Shown here one piece after another: positions 9,510 to 19,742 of a stretch of DNA of 64,000 nt. This DNA is from Anaerolineaceae bacterium (GTDB lineage Bacteria > Chloroflexota > Anaerolineae > Anaerolineales > Villigracilaceae). Positions within the stretch are counted from its first letter, which is position 1. The number at the start of each line of letters is the position of its first letter. The DNA lies in assembly GCA_009885525.1 (NCBI GenBank), contig VFKN01000077.1:5779-69778 (forward strand), given 5' to 3'. Below the pieces are notes generated by a model, which had not been told where the DNA came from, did not search any database, and worked only from the letters and a program-made list of their open reading frames with translations. Position numbers and translations under genes: made by a program.

Positions 9510-11342
9510 TCAATTGCCATCCGTACCCTGGGACTTGCCTTCCCCTACCCAATCAGGTCTGTAATCCAACGATTGGTGACGGAAATAAGTATTGTATAAC
9601 TCCGCATAATGCCCGCCCTGATTTAACAACCCATCATGATTGCCTTGTTCGATGATCGTCCCTTTTTGCATAACCACGATTCGATCCGCGGCTTTGACAG
9701 TGGACAAACGATGCGCAATCAAAATGCTGGTGGTGTTCTTCAAAATAAGATTCAATGCCTGCTGAATTTGCCATTCGGTGAACGGGTCAATGCTGGCGGT
9801 GGCTTCATCCAAAATAAAAATGGCGGGATTTTGCACCAGCACGCGCATCAGCGCCACGAGTTGACGCTGCCCCATCGAGAGTCTATTTCCGCGCTCGCCG
9901 ACTTCGGTGTGCAATCCATCGGGCAAGGTCTCGAGCCATTCGCCGTCGCCGATCTTTTTGGCGAGCCGGATCATTTCCTCTTCAGGAACTCCCGGCGTGG
10001 CGTAGCGGATATTGTCCACAACTGTACCGGAAAATAAAAACGGAACTTGCGAAACGATTCCCAGCTGGCGGCGATATTGACTGAGATCAAACGTGCGGAT
10101 GTCGCGCCCGTCGATCAGCAAACGTCCCTGCTGATATTCATAGAAGCGTGCGATCAACTTCGCGATGGAGGATTTCCCCGCGCCCGTGTGTCCTACCAGC
10201 GCAAGAGTCTCTCCGGGGCGAATATCCAAATTGAAGTCGCTCAGAATCGGCTCTTTATCCGTATATCTGAAATTAAAATTCTCGAATTTAATTTCGCCTT
10301 TGAGTCGCGGTACATCCTGTTTCTCGGTTTGCACCACATTCGGGTCGGCATCGATGAGCGCGAAGACACGTTCCGCGGCGGCCAGCCCCGATTGGATCTG
10401 CGCCCAAAACGCGGTCAGATTCAAAATGGGGAAGAAGAACTGATCGAGACTCATGATGAATAAATACCACGCGCCGATACTAACCAATCCCTGCGCCGCG
10501 CTCATCCCACCCGCGTAGATCAAGATGCCCACGAAAATTCCCGCGAGCGCATTGAGTGTCGGGAATATCAGCGACAGCACAAATCCGCGTTGAATGTTGA
10601 CTCGATACGATTGCTGATTCGATTCATCAAACGACGTGAAGATACTTTCTTCCTGACGGAAATTTTTCGCGATGGCAATCCCGCTGATGGTTTCTTTGAT
10701 CGCGGCGTTCACATCAGACATGGCTTTCATTCCGCGCCGCGTGACGGTACGCGCCATTGCGCGAAATCCCGCCGCGACAATAAAAATGAACGGCATGAAC
10801 GCGAGTAATAATAAAGACAACTTCCACTCAGTGCGAAAAAGAATCACGCCGAGAATGATCGTTTGAATGATCTGCGAAACCACGTCGGTGATGATGACCA
10901 CCAGTTGACCGAAGTCATTAGTATCGGATGTGATGCGCGAGACGATTCTGCCCGACGAGAATTGATCGTAGAACGAGAGATCATGCTCGGCAGCGGCGCG
11001 GAAGGCGCGCGTGCGCATATCGAGGACGACATCCCCAACTGCGCGCACGATCAAAGCGCGGCGCAGCCAGTTCAATCCCCATAAACTGAATCCAACCAGC
11101 ATGAGCGCAAGCCCAACGTACATGATCGCGTTGAGTGTGGGTTGCTCCCCGAGTAAATCCACCATGCGGCTGACCACAACAGGCAGCGCCGCGCCGATCA
11201 CCGCGAGGACGAGGATCAGGATGGATGAATACACCAGCCTGCTGACCTGCGTGCGGAAAAAATCCATAATGCGCCGCGTAAGATCGCGGTCGGTGTATTG
11301 CCTGTCGTATTTTTCGTCGTTAAGTCCGGTAAAGAAGCCCAT
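9510..11342 (-). CDS. ABC exporter half-transporter (TMD + NBD)
   Basis: GHTGAGKS, LSMGQRQL, ILDEATASID and AHRLST motifs. Confidence 0.9.
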   Translation of the reverse strand: MGFFTGLNDEKYDRQYTDRDLTRRIMDFFRTQVSRLVYSSILILVLAVIGAALPVVVSRMVDLLGEQPTLNAIMYVGLALMLVGFSLWGLNWLRRALIVRAVGDVVLDMRTRAFRAAAEHDLSFYDQFSSGRIVSRITSDTNDFGQLVVIITDVVSQIIQTIILGVILFRTEWKLSLLLLAFMPFIFIVAAGFRAMARTVTRRGMKAMSDVNAAIKETISGIAIAKNFRQEESIFTSFDESNQQSYRVNIQRGFVLSLIFPTLNALAGIFVGILIYAGGMSAAQGLVSIGAWYLFIMSLDQFFFPILNLTAFWAQIQSGLAAAERVFALIDADPNVVQTEKQDVPRLKGEIKFENFNFRYTDKEPILSDFNLDIRPGETLALVGHTGAGKSSIAKLIARFYEYQQGRLLIDGRDIRTFDLSQYRRQLGIVSQVPFLFSGTVVDNIRYATPGVPEEEMIRLAKKIGDGEWLETLPDGLHTEVGERGNRLSMGQRQLVALMRVLVQNPAIFILDEATASIDPFTEWQIQQALNLILKNTTSILIAHRLSTVKAADRIVVMQKGTIIEQGNHDGLLNQGGHYAELYNTYFRHQSLDYRPDWVGEGKSQGTDGN

Positions 11343-11480
11343 AAAATTTTTGATTTCCGATTTTAGATTTGCGGTTTTTGTTTATGTAGTTGCGTGTGCC
11401 TGCGGGCATAATCATCGCATCCTTGATTGTACTATGAGCCCGAAATTTATGATTTATGCCTTTGGTATAATCTTTTTATT

Positions 11481-13217
11481 ATGGATCGTAAAAAACTCAT
11501 TGAACCTATTCTATATCTTGTGTTGCTCATTGCTCTGCTCGCTCCGCGCCTGCCGGGATTGGATTCGTACACCACTTTGGATGAGCCCTATTGGCTGAGC
11601 ATGGGCGCAAACTTTTATTATGCACTCGGACAGCGCGAATTTCAAAACACTGTTTATGAATATCAGCCTGCTGTCACTACCATGTGGGTCGTTACTGCCG
11701 GGATGCTGGCTTACTTCCCGGAATATCGCGGCTTTGGTCAAGGCTATCTCGACTATAACAAAGGCTGGATGGATGGCTTTTTGACAGACCATGCCAAATC
11801 CCCGCTGACGCTGCTGGTATTTTCGCGGGTGATTCAAGTTTTTGTGATCGCTATTTTATTTTTGATCTTATATTCTCTATTGCAGCGCTTTGTCCCGAAA
11901 CCTGTTGCGGCATTTGTCATTATGTTCGCATCGTTTGATCCCTTTTTTATGGGACAGTCGCGCATGTTGGATCACGAAGCCATGCTTTCGCTATTCGTGA
12001 TGATTTCCCTGCTGTCGCTTACGATCTATCTTGCGAAAGAACGGCGTATTGGATTTTTAGTTCTCTCCGGGGTCGCGGCTGGAATCGCGCAGATCACGAA
12101 ATCATCTGCTATCGCGATTCTTCTGCCCGCGGGAGTTTTATTCCTGACCCAAATCCTTCAAGAGCGTGGAGATGGGTTTTGGAAGGCAGTTCTCAATAAC
12201 GCAAAAATACTGGCTTTCTGGCTGGTCTTATTGGTGGGCGCATATATTTTATTTTGGCCCGGTATGTGGGTCGCCCCGAAAAAAATGCTGTACGAAGTTT
12301 ATGGAAACGCGTTCAGTTATGCATTTCAGGGAGCTCGCCTGACCGTCACCGGCGATTTGGAAACATCCCGCTTCAGCCTCGAAACGAACGGCGCAGGGAT
12401 TTTGTCGTTGATCGAAGTGATCGTGCGACGCACAACGCCGCTGACCTGGCTGGGAGTTTTATTCGGCTTCGCCATTCCCTTCACCCGCAGCGACGATTGG
12501 GCTGGCGTGCGTGGACGTTTATTCACATTGTTGTGGATGACGCCTATCGCCTTCATTGTTATGTTCGGCATCGCCCGCGGGCGCAACTCACCGCACTATC
12601 TTTTATGCTGTTATCTTGCGCTCAACATCCTTGCCGGATTGGGCTGGCTTTATGTCTTGAAGCAAATTTCAAATCGCTTTGCAGCGCGGTCTCAACAATT
12701 TCAATATGCCGGTTTCGCCGTTTTGGCGATATTACAGTTATGGAGCGCGGTATCGTTTTACCCATATTATTACACCTATGAAAATCCCATCCTTGCTCAT
12801 TATAAAAGGGACGCAAGTTTCCCGCTTTTTCCCTACGGTGAAGGATTGGAATTTGCCGGTCAATATCTCGCGAGCCTGCCGGACGCGAAAAACTCAACAG
12901 CGCTGGTCTATTACAGCCGCGGATCTTTCTCCTATTATTATCCCGGCATAACGACTGGATTCAAACCTTATTATATAGACGGCGTCCACGCTGATGATCT
13001 ACTGCACGCGATTAAGTCTGCTAATTATCTTGTTGTCTATTACGCGATGCAGGGACAACCGGGCAAATACCGGCCTTATATCAATGCCCTGTCCGGCGCA
13101 AAGCCCATTCACGAAGTATGGATTGATGGACGCAAATATGTCATCATCTATAAAGTGGATGAAATTCCCCAAAGTGTCTTTGACGCGCTCGCTAAATTAC
13201 CATCCGCTCCCCAATAA
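11481..13217 (+). CDS. GT-C (PMT/ArnT-like, GT39/83) membrane glycosyltransferase
   Basis: First-loop TLDEPYW motif and many TM helices. Start placed at MDRKKL. Confidence 0.75.
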   Translation: MDRKKLIEPILYLVLLIALLAPRLPGLDSYTTLDEPYWLSMGANFYYALGQREFQNTVYEYQPAVTTMWVVTAGMLAYFPEYRGFGQGYLDYNKGWMDGFLTDHAKSPLTLLVFSRVIQVFVIAILFLILYSLLQRFVPKPVAAFVIMFASFDPFFMGQSRMLDHEAMLSLFVMISLLSLTIYLAKERRIGFLVLSGVAAGIAQITKSSAIAILLPAGVLFLTQILQERGDGFWKAVLNNAKILAFWLVLLVGAYILFWPGMWVAPKKMLYEVYGNAFSYAFQGARLTVTGDLETSRFSLETNGAGILSLIEVIVRRTTPLTWLGVLFGFAIPFTRSDDWAGVRGRLFTLLWMTPIAFIVMFGIARGRNSPHYLLCCYLALNILAGLGWLYVLKQISNRFAARSQQFQYAGFAVLAILQLWSAVSFYPYYYTYENPILAHYKRDASFPLFPYGEGLEFAGQYLASLPDAKNSTALVYYSRGSFSYYYPGITTGFKPYYIDGVHADDLLHAIKSANYLVVYYAMQGQPGKYRPYINALSGAKPIHEVWIDGRKYVIIYKVDEIPQSVFDALAKLPSAPQ

Positions 13218-13222
13218 CAGAT

Positions 13223-14908
13223 ATGACTAAAAATAAATGGCTGCTTGCCCTGTTAATGCTTGCGCTGGTTATCCCGATGCGCGTGGTGGGCACTGATAAA
13301 TTCGTCACCTACGATGAACCTTGGTGGGTCATCTCCGGCGCGAATTATTATTACGCGCTCGCGCATCGCGAACCCGCGAACATCACCTATGAATATCATC
13401 CCGCGATCACAACCTTGTGGATGGTGACCGGCGGTATGCTGACCTACTTCCCCGAATATCGCGGGCAGGGGCAGGGATATTTTGACGGACGTAAATCGAA
13501 TTTCGAAAATTATGTGCGCGAGCAGGGACATGAAACCTTGCCCATTATGCGTAATGCCAGATTGTTCCAGTCCGCGTTTCTTGTGCTGCTCGCGCTGGCC
13601 GCTTTCCTGCTTATCCAATCTCTTTTCGATGAGAAGTTCGCGTTCCTCTCGATTGTGACCGCCATGTGCGCGCCTTTCTACCTTGGTAATTCGCGCCTGC
13701 TCAATCACGAAGCGATGTTATCCATGCTTGGGCTGATCACTTTTTTGGGGATGCAAAATTATCTCAACAAGGAACGTAAATTAATCTATCTGCTTGTCTC
13801 GGGTGTGGCATTTGGGCTGGCGCAATTAACGAAATCCCCATCCATTGTGCTGATCCCATTGATGGGGTTGATGCTGGTTGTGGAGTTGTTCAAACAGCGC
13901 AACGCAACATGGGGTTCCAGAATTTGGGACGCAGTAAAAATATTTGCGATCTGGTTTGCAGCCGCATTTTTTATCTATGTGCTTTTATGGCCCGCGATGT
14001 GGGTCGCGCCGGGCAAAGTGCTTTACGATGTATACGGCAATGCCTTTAGTTACGCCTTTCAAGGCGGGCGGCTGGAAGTAACCCAGGAACTTCAGCCTTC
14101 AAAGTTTAATCTTGCAAACGGTTTTACCGGCGTTCTAAAATATCTACAAACCTGGGCGACATCTTCCACGCCGCTTTCATGGCTGGGATTGATCTTCGCG
14201 GCATTTATCTTTTTTGTAAAAGATAAAACCGCAAATTTGATCCGCTCGACGTTTGTTTATTTACTGATCCTCGCGTCGCTATTCATTCTATTATTCGGGC
14301 TTGTGCAGGGGCGCAACTCTCCGCATTACATTATGAGCAGCTTTGTCACACTGGATGTGATCGCTTCAATTGGTTGGGTTTCTGCTTTGCTGTGGGCGCA
14401 AAAACGCTGGGATATGTTAAACCGCGCGTATGTTCTTCCGCTTGCTTTTATCGTTTTGGTCGCGTTTCAATTGGGCAGCTCGCTTTTATATTATCCATAT
14501 TATTACACTTATAAAAATCCCCTCACCAGCGCGGGCGGAATACATGGGTATGGCGAAGGTCTCGACCAGGCTGCCGAGTATCTTGCGCAGAAACCGCACG
14601 CAAAGGATATGCGCGTCATCGCTTACGCCGCGCGCGGAAGTTTTTCTTATTACTTTCCCGGGCAAAGTGATTTATTGAAGTTTGGATTTTCTGAAAATAA
14701 TCAACCTTACATTGAGCAGATACAGAACGCGGATTATCTTGTGTTATATCCCATTCGCCAAACCAAACCGGACGAGATGAGGCTTTTAAACTTCTTGGCA
14801 AAAGTCACTCCCGAGCGTGTTATTTATGTTGACGGTTTCGAATATATCCGCATTTACAAAATCTCAGAACTCCCCAAAGATATTTATAAAATTCTAGCGC
14901 GCGAGTAA
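13223..14908 (+). CDS. GT-C membrane glycosyltransferase, paralog of upstream gene
   Basis: TYDEPWW. Shares GANYYYAL, YFPEYRG.GQGY, WP.MWVAP and YGNAFSYAFQG blocks with 11481..13217. Confidence 0.78.
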   Translation: MTKNKWLLALLMLALVIPMRVVGTDKFVTYDEPWWVISGANYYYALAHREPANITYEYHPAITTLWMVTGGMLTYFPEYRGQGQGYFDGRKSNFENYVREQGHETLPIMRNARLFQSAFLVLLALAAFLLIQSLFDEKFAFLSIVTAMCAPFYLGNSRLLNHEAMLSMLGLITFLGMQNYLNKERKLIYLLVSGVAFGLAQLTKSPSIVLIPLMGLMLVVELFKQRNATWGSRIWDAVKIFAIWFAAAFFIYVLLWPAMWVAPGKVLYDVYGNAFSYAFQGGRLEVTQELQPSKFNLANGFTGVLKYLQTWATSSTPLSWLGLIFAAFIFFVKDKTANLIRSTFVYLLILASLFILLFGLVQGRNSPHYIMSSFVTLDVIASIGWVSALLWAQKRWDMLNRAYVLPLAFIVLVAFQLGSSLLYYPYYYTYKNPLTSAGGIHGYGEGLDQAAEYLAQKPHAKDMRVIAYAARGSFSYYFPGQSDLLKFGFSENNQPYIEQIQNADYLVLYPIRQTKPDEMRLLNFLAKVTPERVIYVDGFEYIRIYKISELPKDIYKILARE

Positions 14909-16672
14909 TTTTATAACGGTCAAGATCATTCCGTTGCGCTCAACCATGTGAACAATTTTCGCATCGGGGTATAACTCCGCGTCGAAGTTGTAGCGCGTGG
15001 TGACGATGGCATACTTGAAAGATTCTGTCGTTGGCACATCGTCCGACAGCACCGTTAAATCTTCGCGGATGTATAACTCGGCGGCTTGTCCCGGCCCTGC
15101 GACCATGATATTTGTATTCGCGGGCGCAACCGTGTTTACATACTCCATCGCTTCGCGATACGAGATCGCCCAGTAATCCAACTCAAAGCGGTCATTTGGA
15201 TTTTGCACCAGACTGTTGTAATAAACATATTCATACGGATGCAAGCGGATTCCGGCGACAATCCCTGGCAGGATCAACAAACACGCGACTGCGATTCGCA
15301 GGGCAGGTTTGGTCAGCCGCGCGAGTATCGATTCCATCCCCAAGCCCGCCACGAAGAATACCGGCGGCAGGATAAAAAATATCTGCCTGAAATTATCATA
15401 GAGCGGCGCGCGTGTGATGATAAATCCGAGCAGGGGAAATGCAAACCAAATTCCAGATAATCCAAGCAACTCACGTTTTTCTTTGTATGCAACGATCGCG
15501 CCGATGATAAATAAAATCCAAATCGGTTCGGTGAATTGAATGGCGAGTAAAACAGGTAAATAGGCGTAAGGTAATTCGGTGGGCGCAGATTCCACGCCGT
15601 TGAAGAGGACCGTTCCAAACCACGGATATTTAGACATGGTTTGAATCGCCTCAATGAAATGCCCGATGGGATTACTCCACAAATAGGGCCAGGTGATGTA
15701 GGTTGCAAAGAGAGTAATTAGTAAATAGGTAATTAGGGCGGGGATGGCTTTTTTGCCTTTGGTGCGTAATGCGTAAATGGTAATGAGTAATCCTGCAAAT
15801 GGAGCGATCACACGGATGGAGGTTGTGTAGCCGAGAAGCAGGGCGGGGAGGAGCGTGGAAAGTAGAATGTGGAAAGTGGCGGGTGAATGTTTGCGGGTGG
15901 TGAAAAATAAAAAGAAAGTGGAAAGAAGAAAGAAGGCGGCGCGGAACCAGAGGAAGAAGACGAAATATTTTTGAATATAAATTTCGGGTTTCACTTTTTG
16001 CAGATCGGAGGCGATGAGGGAGATGATGTTCGTTTCGCCGTTGGCTGCGGCGCGGACGAGAGATTCAAGGGCGGCGTGAATGATGGGAGTGGCGGCGAAT
16101 AATGCTAAAACAGAGAAAACTTCGAGGGCGATTAAGATGCGCAACCAGCGGGGAGAATCAGATTCGGGGTGTTGAGTCAAATTCAGTGAGTCGATCATCC
16201 TCAGCCCAAATAATAAACTCAACATAAAAAATGCGAGGAAGGGCGTGTCTTTGGGATTCATAAATGAATGTCCCCAAAAGAGCGGTTGGGTTGCGTAGAG
16301 CAGCGTGGCATATTGCGCGGCGTTTTGATTCAGCCAGCGTTTGGCGAGTTCATAAAACGCCCAGATACCGAGCAGGTGTGTGAGGAAATAAAAAATGTGG
16401 CGGCTGTCGGACGGGTTGATTGGGAAAATATTATTGAGTGCGTGTGAGCCAAGTAAGACGGTCATCATGTAGGCGGGGCCGTAGTTGCCGAGGTCTTTGT
16501 CGGTGATGGGCATGACGCCTTGCGTGCGCCAGGTGGCGTAGGTGCGCAGGGAATAGTCCGCGTATTTTTGCAGCGAGTGATCGTCCCAACTTTCGCCGTA
16601 ATCGGTGAGCGTGAAGATGCCGAGGAGAAAACTCACGGCGAGCAGAATGAGGATGAAGCGATTTTCTTTCAT
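14894..16672 (-). CDS. GT-C membrane glycosyltransferase
   Basis: DYGESWDD loop motif, GHSFMNPKDTPF, many TMs and FELDYW. Start placed at MKENRF. Confidence 0.75.
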   Translation of the reverse strand: MKENRFILILLAVSFLLGIFTLTDYGESWDDHSLQKYADYSLRTYATWRTQGVMPITDKDLGNYGPAYMMTVLLGSHALNNIFPINPSDSRHIFYFLTHLLGIWAFYELAKRWLNQNAAQYATLLYATQPLFWGHSFMNPKDTPFLAFFMLSLLFGLRMIDSLNLTQHPESDSPRWLRILIALEVFSVLALFAATPIIHAALESLVRAAANGETNIISLIASDLQKVKPEIYIQKYFVFFLWFRAAFFLLSTFFLFFTTRKHSPATFHILLSTLLPALLLGYTTSIRVIAPFAGLLITIYALRTKGKKAIPALITYLLITLFATYITWPYLWSNPIGHFIEAIQTMSKYPWFGTVLFNGVESAPTELPYAYLPVLLAIQFTEPIWILFIIGAIVAYKEKRELLGLSGIWFAFPLLGFIITRAPLYDNFRQIFFILPPVFFVAGLGMESILARLTKPALRIAVACLLILPGIVAGIRLHPYEYVYYNSLVQNPNDRFELDYWAISYREAMEYVNTVAPANTNIMVAGPGQAAELYIREDLTVLSDDVPTTESFKYAIVTTRYNFDAELYPDAKIVHMVERNGMILTVIKLLAR

Positions 16673-16679
16673 TGAAATT

Positions 16680-18059
16680 TTAGAAAACAAGTTTTTCAAA
16701 CCAGCGATTCGCGGCGGGGAAAAATGTTGGGGTTTGTTTATTTTTGGTGATATGCCACATGATCCACAAAACAATCAGCGGCGCGATGAGGCGGCCAAAT
16801 GACCAGGGGAAAAAATCAAAGGAAGGCATGACGAATTCTTGCAGATAAGCGAAGGCGAACCACATCCACAAAGCGGGCGACTCGATGCATTTGATAAGCA
16901 GTAAAAATGAAAGCGCAACAAACATGCCGTGATGATCCCAAACGATGGGTGAGGTAAGCGTCATCACGATGAACAGCGAAGGCATGGCATTGAGTAAATT
17001 TTTGTTTTCGGTTTCGCTTTTCACGAAAGTATGCTTGCGGACATTCTGCAGCATGACATACAGCGTTGATAATCCCAGCGCGGCTTTTGCGCCTATTGTG
17101 ATCAGGCGCGTCGTTTCGATCTCGATGTGGAAAAACGGATTGAGGAATCTGAAGAATGAATCAAAAGAAGTGTCGTGAAAATTCGTGTCGGTGATGCGGG
17201 TGAGGATGCCGATGTTGGTGAAGTAGTCGAGATAGGGGTGAATTCCTTCGAGCGCAATGGGAATAATCGCGATCATGATGAAGGTCAGCGCGAACCACAT
17301 CATCCATTTCCAGTTGCGTTCGAATACGAAGGCAAGCACCAGCACAGCAGGCGATGTTTTCAAATGAATGGCGAGCGCCATCATCAACGCGGATATAAAA
17401 GCATTTTTGGGCAAGGTCAACATGCTGTACATGATCAGCACCATCACCAATAAGTTTACCTGCACATATCCAAGCGTTCTATGTAGCGGTGTATTGAGCA
17501 GCATGAAAATGACGGTGATGATGACTGCAAGGTGATTCGAAAATTCATATTTTTCAAGGACGCGCACCAACATCACATAGAACAGTCCCAGCATGATGAT
17601 GTTCATCGTCCATAAAATCGCCAACATGCCCTGATCGCCGAGCGGAACGATGAACTGCAAAATCGTTGCCCAAAGCGGCAGGTATAAATAAGTGTCGGGC
17701 AGGGTTTGGTTTTTGTATAAAGCGGTCGCGGCTTCAAGGTAGTATTGATAATCGCCGTAACGAAATCTTTCGCGCAACACATTCAAGTAAACTAAAACAA
17801 CTAAAAAGAATCCCGCCGTGAAAAGTGCGTTCTTTGCATTTATTTTTTCGTTGATCAGCAAATAAAGAATCACACCAACACAAATCCACGTGTAGGCTGT
17901 GGCTTCAAGCGTCACCGCCAAATTCGAAAGCGGCCATTGTTGAATGAATAGGTTGATGCCATCCATGCCGTTGCGCAGATAAACTGCGGCGATCTGTGCA
18001 ATGATAAGAAACGTGAGGGCAAGCCAACAGGTAAGCGCGATGCGTAAATACTTTTTCAT
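16680..18059 (-). CDS. GT87/DUF2029-like membrane glycosyltransferase
   Basis: GDYQYY..AA, YLYLP, QVNL, K.SP and SPIVWDHH pattern typical of GT87. Confidence 0.72.
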   Translation of the reverse strand: MKKYLRIALTCWLALTFLIIAQIAAVYLRNGMDGINLFIQQWPLSNLAVTLEATAYTWICVGVILYLLINEKINAKNALFTAGFFLVVLVYLNVLRERFRYGDYQYYLEAATALYKNQTLPDTYLYLPLWATILQFIVPLGDQGMLAILWTMNIIMLGLFYVMLVRVLEKYEFSNHLAVIITVIFMLLNTPLHRTLGYVQVNLLVMVLIMYSMLTLPKNAFISALMMALAIHLKTSPAVLVLAFVFERNWKWMMWFALTFIMIAIIPIALEGIHPYLDYFTNIGILTRITDTNFHDTSFDSFFRFLNPFFHIEIETTRLITIGAKAALGLSTLYVMLQNVRKHTFVKSETENKNLLNAMPSLFIVMTLTSPIVWDHHGMFVALSFLLLIKCIESPALWMWFAFAYLQEFVMPSFDFFPWSFGRLIAPLIVLWIMWHITKNKQTPTFFPAANRWFEKLVF

Positions 18060-18079
18060 GGGGGTATCTTACCAGTTTT

Positions 18080-18820
18080 TTAAGAGCGGGCTTTCTGCAA
18101 CCCTACAACTTCAATTCCATTTTTCGTTAATGTCTCATGCAGCAGTTTCGCATTCTCCGCGGCATGGATGTTGTCGCCGTGCAGGCATAATGTGTCCACG
18201 CTTACTTTTTTATCTCCAAATAAAATTCCATCTCGAATTAATTTCAGCGCGTTGTTGGCAACTTCCTCGGGAGATTCGATCACCGCGCCCGGTTTACTTC
18301 GGGACATTAACGTGCCGTCGGGATTGTAGGCTCGGTCGGGGAATCCTTCCGCTGCGATTTGAATCCCCGCCTCGAGTCCCGCCTCACACATCCACGAACC
18401 TGCCAGCCCAACCAAAATTAAATCTCCCCCGAATTTTTTCACCGCATGCGCAATCGCATTCGCCAGCCCGCGATCTTTTGCGGCCTGATTGTATAGCGCC
18501 CCATGCGGCTTGACATGCGTCAGCGCAACGCCTTCCGCTTTTGCAATTGCCGCCAGTGCGCCGATTTGATACAACACCAGATATTCAACTTCCTCTGCGG
18601 AGAGATTCATCTCGCGGCGACCAAACCCTTCCACATCCAACCAGCTGGGATGTGCGCCGATATTCACGCCGTAGCGCTTCGCCAGTTTCACCGTGGCATG
18701 CATCACACTCGCATCGCCCGCATGAAATCCGCAAGCGATGTTGGCGGATGTGATGTATGGCATGATGGCTTCATCATTGCCGATGTTTTCGCCGAGGTCA
18801 CAATTTAAATCTATTTTCAT
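18080..18820 (-). CDS. pxpA: 5-oxoprolinase subunit A (LamB/YcsF)
   Basis: DLNCDLGE, SANIACGFHAGD, HVKPHGALYN and TLCLHGD. Confidence 0.93.
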   Translation of the reverse strand: MKIDLNCDLGENIGNDEAIMPYITSANIACGFHAGDASVMHATVKLAKRYGVNIGAHPSWLDVEGFGRREMNLSAEEVEYLVLYQIGALAAIAKAEGVALTHVKPHGALYNQAAKDRGLANAIAHAVKKFGGDLILVGLAGSWMCEAGLEAGIQIAAEGFPDRAYNPDGTLMSRSKPGAVIESPEEVANNALKLIRDGILFGDKKVSVDTLCLHGDNIHAAENAKLLHETLTKNGIEVVGLQKARS

Positions 18821-19742
18821 ATAAGCCTTTCATCAACGCCCGATATTTTTCCTGCGCTTTTTCAACCGTTGTTTCTTTAAATCTAATTTTACTGTTCCCC
18901 GCTTCACACTGCGCCAGCAGCGGAATATCCGCGCGGATGACGTTTGCAATTTTGAGATAGCCGCCCGTTGTGGGCGCATCCACCATCATCACGATCGGCT
19001 GCCCATTTGCGGGGACTTGCACGCTGCCGATGGTCATGCCTTCGGAAATTAATTCCGCGTTTGAATTGTGTGGAACCGGCTTTCCTTCCAATCTATATCC
19101 CATGCGGTCGAATGATTTGCTTAATCTATATTCACTTTCATAAAAGGTTTGAATTCCCTCTTTGGTAAACCTTTCCGCTTGCGGACCCGCTATAACTTCA
19201 ATTATGGGGGCTTGGGTATAGTTTATGTATTTCTCTGTCGGAAACGTGCGCGCGGAAAGTTTATCGAACCCGCGCGAAGATTTTCCTGTCTTCAATAAAT
19301 CACCCGCGCGAATTGAATCCCCAAGCCCGCCGCGTAGATACGTGGAGCGCGAGCCTAAAATTGCGTCAACCTCAAATCCGCCAGCGGCTGCGAGATATGC
19401 CCAATTGCCGCCGCTTTTCTTTTTGACCTGCACCTGCCAGCCCGCACGCACGAAAAACGAAGTCCATAACGGGAATGTCCAAATGTAATTGGAAACTTCA
19501 TAACCTGCGCCGGTGACTGCCAGCACGCAATTTTGTTTTGCGCGGAAAGTTGCTTCGCCCAAGCCAATTTCGATTACGGTTGAATCTGCGGGATTGCCTG
19601 TTAATATATTTGCGGCGCGCTGCACGAACCAATCCATTGCGCCTGAGATCGGCACTCCAAAACTCTGCCAACCAAATCTGCCTGAGTCTTGAAATGTGAC
19701 CAGACCTGAAACGTCCAAGACTTCAAGCATGGTCATCTTCAA
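18798..19742 (-). CDS. pxpC: 5-oxoprolinase subunit C
   Basis: QDSGRFG...GVPISGAMD, LGSRST, DRMGYRL, GSVQVP..GQPI and TGGY. Confidence 0.9.
   Translation of the reverse strand: MKMTMLEVLDVSGLVTFQDSGRFGWQSFGVPISGAMDWFVQRAANILTGNPADSTVIEIGLGEATFRAKQNCVLAVTGAGYEVSNYIWTFPLWTSFFVRAGWQVQVKKKSGGNWAYLAAAGGFEVDAILGSRSTYLRGGLGDSIRAGDLLKTGKSSRGFDKLSARTFPTEKYINYTQAPIIEVIAGPQAERFTKEGIQTFYESEYRLSKSFDRMGYRLEGKPVPHNSNAELISEGMTIGSVQVPANGQPIVMMVDAPTTGGYLKIANVIRADIPLLAQCEAGNSKIRFKETTVEKAQEKYRALMKGLYENRFKL

Noticed and set aside
15690-16160. Strongly purine-skewed stretch as a foreign insert or repeat
   Set aside because: It is explained by Phe/Leu/Ser/Thr-rich transmembrane codons of the minus-strand glycosyltransferase. 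The frame is intact and there are no IRs or TSD.
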